Assembly (NCBI GenBank): GCA_963720975.1
Contig: CAVRHJ010000007.1
Span: 417,995 to 481,994 of the forward strand
DNA: 64,000 nt
DNA from: an uncultured Solirubrobacteraceae bacterium
GTDB lineage: Bacteria > Actinomycetota > Thermoleophilia > Solirubrobacterales > Solirubrobacteraceae
Direction of reading: 5' to 3'
A model generated the notes under the pieces. That model was not told the DNA's origin and made no database searches. It saw nothing but the letters and a program-made list of their open reading frames with translations. Every line of letters starts with the position of its first letter. Within the stretch, counting starts at the first letter, position 1. This document shows, piece by piece, positions 48,426 through 59,872 of the stretch. The translations under genes were made by a program, and so were the position numbers.

Positions 48426-48869
48426 TCAAGCAGCGTCGTCGACACGTGCGGTCACCTCCGCGACGCCGCTGAGCAGCGTCTGTCGATGTTCATCCCAGGC
48501 GCCCTTGGCCCACAGCTCGAGGCGATCGCCGACGCCGACGACCACGACCTCCTTCGCCAGGGCGGCGTGCTCGCCGAGGAACCCGGGGACCATGATGCGC
48601 CCAGCCGCGTCGAGCTCAGCATCGTGCGAGCTGCCGTAGAAGAAGCGCTCGAGCTCGGACAGCCGCGGCGACAGCGGCGGCAGCTCCGCGAGCGCGCGCC
48701 GCGTGTAGCGCTCGTACTCCTCCGGGCGCCAGACGCCCACGCACGGCTTCAGGTCCACGGGCATCGCCAGCACCACGCCCTCAGCGAGCGCCGCGCGGTA
48801 ACGGGCCGGAACCGTGAGCCTGTTCTTGGCGTCGAGCGTATGGTCGAAGGTGCCGCGAAAGGGGACCAC
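48426..48869 (-). CDS. mraZ: Division/cell wall cluster repressor MraZ
   Basis: FRGTFDHTLDAKNRLTVP, LDAAGRI and GVGDRLELW. Confidence 0.95.
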   Translation of the reverse strand: MVPFRGTFDHTLDAKNRLTVPARYRAALAEGVVLAMPVDLKPCVGVWRPEEYERYTRRALAELPPLSPRLSELERFFYGSSHDAELDAAGRIMVPGFLGEHAALAKEVVVVGVGDRLELWAKGAWDEHRQTLLSGVAEVTARVDDAA

Positions 48870-48947
48870 TGGGGGAGCTCCCGAAATTGATTACCGAGCC
48901 GAGGTGGAGGAGTGGGAGGAGCCCCTCCACCCCGGCTCGCTGCGGCG

Positions 48948-49000
48948 AACATATCCCACTTTCTCCCACAATGCAACCCTATTTGCACATCTTCTCCCAC
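48948..49000 (-). promoter_or_regulatory. Housekeeping-type dcw promoter with MraZ-type GTGGGA boxes
   Basis: Minus strand TTGCAT (48976-48971)-N17-TATGTT (48953-48948). GTGGGA begins at 48969 and 48959 (10-bp period) and again at 49000. Confidence 0.7.
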
Positions 49001-49227
49001 TCTGCCGCTCACACACCTTTCAGGCATGCAAATCCCCTGCTAACAGGGGACTTCTACGGCCCGGACGCGAGATGGCCGCTTGCGACGGACGGTGCAACAG
49101 GGCGTGCAGAAGTTCGAGCTGACAGCCGTCGTGCAGGTTCACATCGGCGCCGCACTCCGCGCGCGGTTGTACGATCGCTCCGGCCATCGCCTCCGGCCGC
49201 TCGCTCCGCGCACGAAAGGAACCAGCT

Positions 49228-51003
49228 TTGTCCTCATCCTCGACCCGACCCCGCAGCCGCCTCGCCGCCAACGCCTGCGTGGCGAGCATTTGCGTGCTGG
49301 CGCTGACAAGCCTCGGCGGGGCGCTGGCCGGATGCGGCTCGAGCAAGAGCAGCGGCACGAACGCCGACCCCGCAGGAGCGGTCCCCGCCGCGGCGGCCGT
49401 GTACGCGGGCGCGACGGTGCTCCCGAGCGGCGCGCAGAAGACCGCCGCCCAGGAAGCCGGCCGCGCGCTCACCCGCCAGAGCGACCCGTACGTACGCCTG
49501 CTCGCGCTGCTGCAGACACCCGGCTCACCGCATCTCGACTTCCAGCACGACGTCGCTCCCTGGCTTGGCGAGCACGCCGGGGTCTTCCTGTCATCGCTGA
49601 GCTCCGCCAGCGCCCTGCTGACCCCGCTCGCCCAGGATCTGCTCCACGGCTCGACAGCGGCCTCGTATCCGTTCGCCACCGGCGACGCGCAGGGCGCGAT
49701 CGTGCTCGACACCGACGACGCGGGCAAAGCCCAGTCGTTCCTCAACAGCCAGGCTGCACACGCGGGCGCGCACGCCGCGAGCTACAGGGGGGTCACCTAT
49801 CAGGCGACCGGCGGCGGGCTGGCGTTCGGGCTCGTCCAGCGCTTCGCCGTCATCGGCAGCGAAGCCGGGCTGCACAGCGTGATCGACACGACGCTCGGCG
49901 CGGCCTCGCTGGCACACGAAGGCGGCTACGCGAAGCTGCTCGCGGCGGCGCCGCACGAGGCGATCGCGCACGTGTACTTCAACCCAGCGGACGTCGGCTC
50001 ATCCCACGCAACGGGGAAGGCAGCCGGATCCCAGGCGGGCCTGTCCGGCGCCCTGCGCCTGTTGGCAGGCACTTCCCAATCGAACATCTCACTGGTGCCC
50101 GCGGCCACCTCGCTGTCGATCGACGCCGACTCCCTCAGGTCGGGGGCGAGCCACGCCGAAGGCCTGTTGTCGTCTGACCCGGAAGCGGCGCGCGCGCTGA
50201 GCGAACTGCCTGGCGAATCCTGGCTGGCGCTCGGCGTCGGCCACGTCGGCGCGAGCCTCGCCGAGGACGTCCAGGGGCTGCAGAGCGTCACCTCGCTCGG
50301 CAGCGCGCTGGGAGGCTCGAGCGGCGAAGGCGCCTCCGTCTCGAGCGGCTTCGCGCTGAAGCCGCTGCTCGAAACCCTGACCACGCCGCTGAAGCTGATG
50401 GGCGCGAACACCGCCGAGGCGAAACGCGACTTCGCGAGCTGGATGGGATCGGCCGGCATCTTCGCGGCCGGAGGCAGCCTGCTGGAACTGAAGGCGGCGG
50501 TGAGCATCGAATCGAAGGACGCGGCCCAGTCCCGTGCGGCCGTCGGCAAGCTCGCCGCGCAGCTGCGCAAGGCCGGCTGGTCGACCGCGCCCACGTCGAT
50601 CCCCGGGACCGACGCGGCGGTCGGCGCCCACGCGAGCGGGCTGCCGGTCGTGCTGGAGATCGCCAACGGCACCGACTCCAACGGCCACCCGAGGTTCGTG
50701 CTCGGCCTGGCGGAAGCGTCGGTCGAGGCCGCGCTGAAACCACCGAACACGCTGTCCGAAGCTCCCACCCGTCAGGCGGCGGCGACCGCGCTCGGCGAAG
50801 GCATCCAGCCCAGCCTGATGCTCGACTTCCCGACGCTGCTGAGCCTGTTCGAAGGTCTCGGGCTCACGGAATCCCCGGAACTCTCTCCGCTGCTTCCGTA
50901 TCTGCGCTCCGCGACTACGCTCGCCGGGGGCGGACACGCCCTGGGCGGGGAAATCGAACGCTACCGACTGGTGCTCGGCCTGCAGCCGCCGCCGGCAGGC
51001 TGA
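49228..51003 (+). CDS. Lipoprotein, DUF3352-like
   Basis: Lipobox LAGC; DPAGAVPAAAAVY, DFQHDVAPWLG and SLAEDVQ segments resemble actinobacterial DUF3352 proteins (recall). Confidence 0.7.
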   Translation: MSSSSTRPRSRLAANACVASICVLALTSLGGALAGCGSSKSSGTNADPAGAVPAAAAVYAGATVLPSGAQKTAAQEAGRALTRQSDPYVRLLALLQTPGSPHLDFQHDVAPWLGEHAGVFLSSLSSASALLTPLAQDLLHGSTAASYPFATGDAQGAIVLDTDDAGKAQSFLNSQAAHAGAHAASYRGVTYQATGGGLAFGLVQRFAVIGSEAGLHSVIDTTLGAASLAHEGGYAKLLAAAPHEAIAHVYFNPADVGSSHATGKAAGSQAGLSGALRLLAGTSQSNISLVPAATSLSIDADSLRSGASHAEGLLSSDPEAARALSELPGESWLALGVGHVGASLAEDVQGLQSVTSLGSALGGSSGEGASVSSGFALKPLLETLTTPLKLMGANTAEAKRDFASWMGSAGIFAAGGSLLELKAAVSIESKDAAQSRAAVGKLAAQLRKAGWSTAPTSIPGTDAAVGAHASGLPVVLEIANGTDSNGHPRFVLGLAEASVEAALKPPNTLSEAPTRQAAATALGEGIQPSLMLDFPTLLSLFEGLGLTESPELSPLLPYLRSATTLAGGGHALGGEIERYRLVLGLQPPPAG

Positions 51004-51010
51004 GCCGGTT

Positions 51011-51078
51011 CGCGCGGCCGCCGGCGAGGCGCGAGGCCAGGCGCTGGCCAGGCGCGCGGCCGCCGGCGAGGCGCGAGG
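51011..51078. repeat. 26-bp direct repeat, 2 copies 42 bp apart
   Basis: cgcgcggccgccggcgaggcgcgagg at 51011 and 51053, between convergent stops. Confidence 0.8.
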
Positions 51079-51090
51079 GCCGGCCGCCGG

Positions 51091-52332
51091 TTAGGGCTGC
51101 GGCCCTTCGAGGTCGATCGCGCGGTAGAACACCGGCCGGCCGCCGAGCACGCGGTCGACGCCGTAGCGCGCGGGCACGATTTCGCCGTTCGGGTCGATCG
51201 AGTAGCTGCCGATCACCGAGTTGCGTTTTGAGGTCGCGAACAGGCGGTCGATCACGGCCTGCCGATCAGCGCCGTGCGAGCCGGCGCTGCGGATCGCATC
51301 GAGCACGACGGTCATCGCCTCATAGCCGTACAGCGCCGAGGGAGTGCCTTCGCTGCCGAACGTCCTGCGGTAGTCCGCCAGCACCGCCTGTGCCAGTGGC
51401 GGATACAGCGCCGGCGCGAGCACCGGTGTAGTCAGATAGGTCTTCGCGGCCGCGTTGCCGATCCGCGACGTGAACGACGGGGAGGCCATCGCGCTGGACC
51501 CGAGCAGCAGCGCGCGCGGCATGGCGAGATTGAGCTCGCGCCACAGGGCTGCCGTGCTGCCGCCTTCTCCGCCGGCCATGAACACCGCCTGCGGCTTGCT
51601 TTTGGCGATCTTTTCGATCTCGCCGGTGAACGTAGATCCGGCGACCGTGCTGAGACTGTCGTGAGCGAGCACCGCGATCCCCGCGTGTTCGGCATCGCTC
51701 ACGACGATCTGCGCGAGCGGCACGTCGAACGGGTCCTGGTCGTCGAGCACATACAAGCGGCGCACGCCGAGCGACTTCATCAGCTGCACCTGGGCCGCCG
51801 CCTGGGCAGTGTCGCCCGGTTGCAGGCGCGCGAACGTGCGCTTGCCGCTCGGATAGAAGCGTTCGGGCTCGTCCTGGCCGGCGTCGAACGAGGAGGTCAG
51901 GCCGACGTACGGGCTGGCGGTGCTGACCTGCAGGATGCCGGCCGCGTTGATCAGCGGCAGCGATATCGCGGTCGCAGCAGAGTTGAAGTCGCCGAGATAG
52001 GCGATCGTGCTCGTGTCCTGCGCGGCCTTCTCGGCGTTCGTTTCGGTTACGTCCGGGTTCCACCGGTGCGTCTTCGGGCTGGCGTCGTCGAGCGAGAAGT
52101 AGCCGATCTTGAATGGCCCCGCGCGCCCGTCCGCGTCGCGCAGCGCAAGCTTCTCGCCGCCGATGATCTGTTCGGAGACCGGCGCCCATGGGCCTTGCAG
52201 CGGCTCGCTGGAGTAGATCGCGAGCTGACCGCCGGTCGCTTCGGCGACGTTCGAGGCGGCGACTCCGCCGCATCCGGCCGCCCCCGAAAGCACGGCGGCG
52301 AGAGCGGCGAGGCCCAGCCAGCGCGCGAGCAC
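51091..52332 (-). CDS. LivJ-like (type I periplasmic binding fold) substrate-binding lipoprotein
   Basis: Lipobox AAGC after GTG 52332; IYSSEPLQG, LDDAS, YLGDFNSAA, QVSTAS and YGYEAM. Confidence 0.85.
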   Translation of the reverse strand: MLARWLGLAALAAVLSGAAGCGGVAASNVAEATGGQLAIYSSEPLQGPWAPVSEQIIGGEKLALRDADGRAGPFKIGYFSLDDASPKTHRWNPDVTETNAEKAAQDTSTIAYLGDFNSAATAISLPLINAAGILQVSTASPYVGLTSSFDAGQDEPERFYPSGKRTFARLQPGDTAQAAAQVQLMKSLGVRRLYVLDDQDPFDVPLAQIVVSDAEHAGIAVLAHDSLSTVAGSTFTGEIEKIAKSKPQAVFMAGGEGGSTAALWRELNLAMPRALLLGSSAMASPSFTSRIGNAAAKTYLTTPVLAPALYPPLAQAVLADYRRTFGSEGTPSALYGYEAMTVVLDAIRSAGSHGADRQAVIDRLFATSKRNSVIGSYSIDPNGEIVPARYGVDRVLGGRPVFYRAIDLEGPQP

Positions 52333-52337
52333 GCGGT

Positions 52338-52499
52338 CTAGCTGCGGCGGCCGGGCAGGTAACCGGAGAGGATCTTCAGCGACGCCCCCACGAGGATGAT
52401 CGCGGTGGCAAGCAGAAACGCATCGAAGCCCTTGGCTCCCAGCGCCCACAACACAATCCAGACGACCAGGCCGGCCGTGACGGTCAGGATCAATCCCAT
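52338..52499 (-). CDS. Small two-helix membrane protein (53 aa), missed by the ORF track
   Basis: MGLILTVTAGLVVWIVLWALGAKGFDAFLLATAIILVGASLKILSGYLPGRRS*; exactly fills the trpA-SBP gap. Confidence 0.75.
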   Translation of the reverse strand: MGLILTVTAGLVVWIVLWALGAKGFDAFLLATAIILVGASLKILSGYLPGRRS

Positions 52500-52511
52500 G
52501 CCGGCGGAATC

Positions 52512-53317
52512 CTAGCGAGCTGGGCCGAGACCCGCGGCCAGTTCGCCAACCACCGCCGCCACGGCACCCGCCGGGTCCTCGGCGCCGTCGGCCTCGCGCA
52601 CCAGGCGCGTACCGACGATCACGCCGTCGGCGCCCACTTCGGCGGCCTGCACGGCCTGCTCGGGCGTGCCGATCCCGAAGCCGATCGCCACCGGGACCTG
52701 CGTACTGGCCTTCGCGCGCGCGAGGATCTCTCCCAGTCGCCCGTCGAGCGCCCGCCGCTCACCGGTCGTGCCGACGACCGACACCGTGTACAGGAACCCG
52801 CGCGCGTCGGCGCCGATCGCCGCCAGCCGCTCGGGCGTGGTCGTCGGAGCGAGGAGCGCCACGAGCGCGATCCCCTGCCGATCACATGCCTCGAGCACCT
52901 CCGGGGCCTCGCCGTGTGGCAGGTCGGGGACGATCAGCCCGCACGCACCGGTGCGCGCGAGACGCTCGACGAACGCCTCGACGCCGGGGGCGAACACCAT
53001 GTTCGCGTAGCACATCAGCACCACCGGGACGCTCGGGGCAAGAGCCCGCGCGACCTCCAGCACGCCGGCGACGTTCGCCCCGGCGGCGAGCGCCCGCGTG
53101 CCCGCGGCGTGGATCACCGGCCCGTCCGCCAGCGGGTCCGAGTAGGGCATGCCGAGCTCGATCACGTCCGCTCCCGCCTGCACACACGCCTGCCCGATCC
53201 GCACCGACTCCTCCAGCGTCGGGAACCCGCCCATCACGTACGGCATCAGCGCGGCGCGCTTGGACGTGCGCGCGAACGCCGCCGCGAGGCGCTCGATGCC
53301 GGTTGCCGCGAGCGTGC

Positions 53318-53321
<4 letters not shown>
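52512..53321 (-). CDS. trpA: Tryptophan synthase alpha chain
   Basis: [34 protein letters not shown] and [12 protein letters not shown] overlap with trpB. Confidence 0.96.
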
Positions 53322-54585
<1,264 letters not shown>

Positions 54586-54589
<4 letters not shown>

Positions 54590-55368
54590 GCCGGCCGACC
54601 GATCGTTGCCGGTTCGGAGTGAGACACGGGCCGCGGCTGCAGCACCGCGTCGAAGAACGCGCGCAGCTTCGCCGGGTCCTTATGGCCGGGTGCAGCCTCC
54701 GTCCCGCTCGCGGTGTCGACCGCGTAGGGGCGCACCACATCGATCGCCTCGGCGACGTTGGCCGCGCTTAGCCCGCCGCTCAGGATCAGCGCAACGCGTG
54801 AGCGTCGGCTCGCCACGAGCCCCCAGTCGAACGTCTCACCCGTGCCTCCGCGCATCCCCTGCCGAGCGGTCTGCCTGGAGCGCGCATCGAGCAGGTGGAA
54901 GTCCACGTGGAAGCGCTCCAGATCACGCACGTCACCCGGCCCCGACACCTGCGTCGCCTTGATGATCCGTGCGCCCGTCCGTCGTGCTACCTCCGAGCAG
55001 AATGCCGGCCCCTCATCGCCGTGCAGCTGAATCAGGCTGAGACCCAGATCCTCGCTGACGGCGACGATCTCCGACAGCGGAGCATTGACGAACACGCCGC
55101 ACAGCTCGACCCGGCGACGGACGCCCGCGACCACCAGCTGCGCCTGTTCGAGCGAGCATCTGCGCGGGCTGTCCTCGTAGAAGATCATGCCCAGCGCCCA
55201 CGCCCCGAGCTCGACCGCCAGCTCAGCGTCAGGAAGGTTGGTGATCCCGCAGATCTTGACCCGCGCCGAGCTGACCTCCTGGCGGTCGGGCTCGACGCCG
55301 GTCGAAACCCCAGCCGGGACGTCGACCGAGGCCTCGGTGACGTATACAGGCTCAGGCGTGGTCGTCAT
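54586..55368 (-). CDS. trpF: Phosphoribosylanthranilate isomerase
   Basis: [28 protein letters not shown] and VDTASG. Start uncertain. Confidence 0.93.
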
Positions 55369-55491
55369 TGCCCCAACGGTAGCGCCAGCGCGCCAGCCGC
55401 CGCACCGACCACGCTTCGCCTCGGGGAACTCGGGGGCACTCATCGCGTCCCCGAGCGCCGAGTCAGCCCTCTGGCGTGAGCCCTCTTGGCA

Positions 55492-56703
55492 TCAGCCTTC
55501 TGGCGTGTTCGGGTTGGGAACCGAGTTGGGTCGGGTCCCGAGCTTCACGCTGACGGTTTTCGGTTCGTACTTGCCGTTGCCGGTGCCGCGCAGCAGGCCG
55601 ACGCTGACGACGTCCCCGGGGTGCTTGGCCTCGATCGCGTTGGCGAGATCTTCAGAGCTGGTGATCGGTTTCTTGTCGATCGATACGACGATGTCGCCGC
55701 CGACCGCCACCTGGCCGTTTTCGGTGTTCGCGTTGACCGCGCCGCCGTGGATGCCGGCTTTGGATGCGGCGCTGCCCTTCTGGACGCTCTGGACGAGAGC
55801 GCCGGTTTTCACCGGCAGGTTGAGCGCGGACAGCGACCCGTCGATCGTCAGCGAGGTCAAGCCTAGGTAGGCGCCGCGTACGGTCCCGCCTTTCTCAAGC
55901 TGGGAGATCTCCGACTTGGCGGCGTTGATCGGCACGGCGAAGCCGATGCCGACGCTGCCCTGGCTGGTTCCGCCGGTCTCGATCTGGGAGTTGATCCCGA
56001 TCACTTCGCCGGCCGCGTTGAGCAGCGGTCCGCCCGAGTTGCCGGGGTTGATCGGAGCGTCGGTCTGCAGCACGTTGTCGATCGTGAAGCCGTTGGGAGC
56101 CGTGATCTGGCGCTGCAGAGCGGAGATCACGCCGGTCGTCAGCGTCCGTTCGAGGTCGAACGGGTTGCCGATCGCGTAAACGGGGTCCCCCACCTGCGCG
56201 GTGCTGGAATTACCGAGCGTGAGCGGGTGCAGCGTCAGACCATCGGTCGATATGCGCAGCACGGCGAGGTCGTTGGAGGGATCCTTGCCCACCACCTGGG
56301 CTTCGACCGACTTGCCTTTTTCGAAGCTGACGGTGACCTTGACGGCGTTCTCGACTACGTGGTAGTTGGTCAGGATCGTGCCGTTGGCGTCGATCACGAT
56401 GCCCGAGCCGGTCGCCTGGCCCTGGCGCTGGGATTCCTGGCCGAACAGGTTGAACGGCGATTCGGATTTCTGCACGACCGTGGAGGTCACGAACGCCACT
56501 CCCGGCGCATCGCGCACATACACTTCGTGCGGCGTCAGCCCGACGGTGCGGTGCGATGCGTTCGTCGGGGTCGCCGGGACGGCGTCGACGGTGGTGATGA
56601 TCGTCTTGCTTTCGCCGAGCCCCCCGAACGCGGCAATTACGGCTACGACTACGCCGCCGCCAATCAGGGCAGCGAGGAATGGGATGGCGAATGTACGTTT
56701 CAT
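55492..56703 (-). CDS. htrA: HtrA/DegP-family serine protease with PDZ domain
   Basis: N-terminal TM helix; TNYHV, NDLAV and QTDAPINPGNSGGPL; C-terminal PDZ. Confidence 0.92.
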   Translation of the reverse strand: MKRTFAIPFLAALIGGGVVVAVIAAFGGLGESKTIITTVDAVPATPTNASHRTVGLTPHEVYVRDAPGVAFVTSTVVQKSESPFNLFGQESQRQGQATGSGIVIDANGTILTNYHVVENAVKVTVSFEKGKSVEAQVVGKDPSNDLAVLRISTDGLTLHPLTLGNSSTAQVGDPVYAIGNPFDLERTLTTGVISALQRQITAPNGFTIDNVLQTDAPINPGNSGGPLLNAAGEVIGINSQIETGGTSQGSVGIGFAVPINAAKSEISQLEKGGTVRGAYLGLTSLTIDGSLSALNLPVKTGALVQSVQKGSAASKAGIHGGAVNANTENGQVAVGGDIVVSIDKKPITSSEDLANAIEAKHPGDVVSVGLLRGTGNGKYEPKTVSVKLGTRPNSVPNPNTPEG

Positions 56704-56760
56704 GGGAGGAGAGGATGAGCGGTGGCCATCAACGCCATCTAAAGCTCTGCGCGAGCCTAT

Positions 56761-57593
56761 CTAAATGTTTTCGCGGGCCGTTGGCCTCAGCGCTCTGAGC
56801 GCCGCCGCGGGGTCCGGCGAGCGCATCAGCGACTCCCCCACCAGCACCGCTTGGACGCCGTGTTCGCGCAGTCGCAGCAGCTGCGCGGCCGCGGAGATCC
56901 CCGACTCGGACACGACGGCGACCCCGTCCGGGATGTGATCCATCAGGCTGGCGGTGCGTTCGAGATCGACGCTGAAGTCCCGCAGATCGCGGTTGTTGAT
57001 CCCCACGATGTCCGCGCCGATGACCAGCGCGCGCCGCAGCTCCTCGCGGTCGTGAACCTCGACCAGCACGTCGAGTCCGAGCGCGCGCGCCGAGTCGTGC
57101 AGCGCGGCCAAGTCGCTGTCCGGCAGCGCGGCCACGATCAGCAGCACCGCGTCCGCGCCGGCCAGCACAGCCTCATGCAGCTGGTAGGAGTCGACGATGA
57201 AGTCCTTACGCAGCAGCGGCAGATCGCATGCCGCGCGCGCGGCACACAGATCCTGCAGCTGCCCGCCGAAGTTGGGGCCCTCGGTGAGGATCGACAGGGC
57301 GACCGCGCCGCCGCGCTCGTACGCGGCGACGATCTCCGCCAGATCCGGGCAGTCGTGCAGCGACCCCGCGGATGGCGAGCGGCGCTTGAACTCGGCGATC
57401 ACGCCGATGTCGCCGCCGCGGATCGCATCGTGGAAGGGGCGCCCACCCGCGCCGGGCGGGCGCCGGCCAGCGGCCGGCTCGGCCAGCGCCGCCGGCGCGG
57501 CCAGCGGCGACTCGCGCTTTCGGCGCTCGACCTCGTCGCGGGTTTCCGCCAGGATCCGATCGAGCACGGTCGGCGTGGAGGATGTCGAGGAGC

Positions 57594-57597
<4 letters not shown>
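56761..57597 (-). CDS. trpC: Indole-3-glycerol phosphate synthase
   Basis: IAEFKRRSPS, SILTE, LRKDF, LVEVH, GINNRDL and SESGI. Confidence 0.96.
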
Positions 57598-58675
<1,078 letters not shown>

Positions 58676-58719
58676 GTGATCTCGCCGCAAGATTATCTCC
58701 CCCGGTGAACCATCTCTCA

Positions 58720-58784
58720 TGTGACCGCCGCCCCGGTCACCATCGCCCCAGTGTGGCCGCCGCCCCCGGTCACCCTCGCCCCCA
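58720..58784. repeat. About 32-bp imperfect tandem repeat
   Basis: tgtgaccgccgccccggtcaccatcgcccca / tgtggccgccgcccccggtcaccctcgccccca. Confidence 0.8.
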
Positions 58785-58791
58785 CAATGAA

Positions 58792-58817
58792 CGCTGTACA
58801 GCAATGGCTATACAGCG
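58792..58817. promoter_or_regulatory. Inverted repeat, candidate operator between divergent trpD and SnoaL genes
   Basis: CGCTGTACAGC-aatg-GCTATACAGCG, 1 mismatch. Confidence 0.5.
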
Positions 58818-58861
58818 AATGCAAGCGGAGTCACCGTGCCACTCGATTAGGCTGACTGCAT

Positions 58862-59239
58862 ATGTCCGAGGAGAACGTGGAGCTGGTGCGGAGGATCTAT
58901 GAGCTGTGGAACACGAACGGGTCGGCCCGCGATCTGATCGACCCGCAGCTCGAATATGTGAACCCGCCGTACGCAGTCGAGTCCGGGACCCGCCACAGCC
59001 GCGATACGTTGCAGAAGATTCGCGACGTCTACCCGGACTTTCGCGTCGTGCCGGAACGCTTCGTGGACGTCGGCGAGGAGGTGGTCGTGATCGGCATCGC
59101 CAGCGGCACGTCTGAAAGCGGGCTGAAGGCCCAATGGCGCCAGGGCTACGTGTGGACGATCCGCGACGGTCGGGCGGTGCGCTTTCGCTGGTTCAACCAA
59201 CCGGTCGAGGCGTTGGAAGCGGTCGGCTTGACCGAGTAG
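58862..59239 (+). CDS. SnoaL/NTF2-like protein
   Basis: MSEENVELVRRIYE, ERFVDVGEEVVV and WTIRDGRAVRFRWF. Confidence 0.88.
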   Translation: MSEENVELVRRIYELWNTNGSARDLIDPQLEYVNPPYAVESGTRHSRDTLQKIRDVYPDFRVVPERFVDVGEEVVVIGIASGTSESGLKAQWRQGYVWTIRDGRAVRFRWFNQPVEALEAVGLTE

Positions 59240-59292
59240 ACGTCAGGCACAAGCCCGACGAGAACACCGCCGGCGCGGAGCCGCTCCGCGAC

Positions 59293-59853
<561 letters not shown>

Positions 59854-59872
59854 CGGATCAGATACGCGCCGA

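Noticed and set aside
58676-58804. Trp leader peptide or N-terminal extension before trpD
   Set aside because: The in-frame upstream stretch derives from the tandem repeat and has only one Trp codon with no nearby stop.
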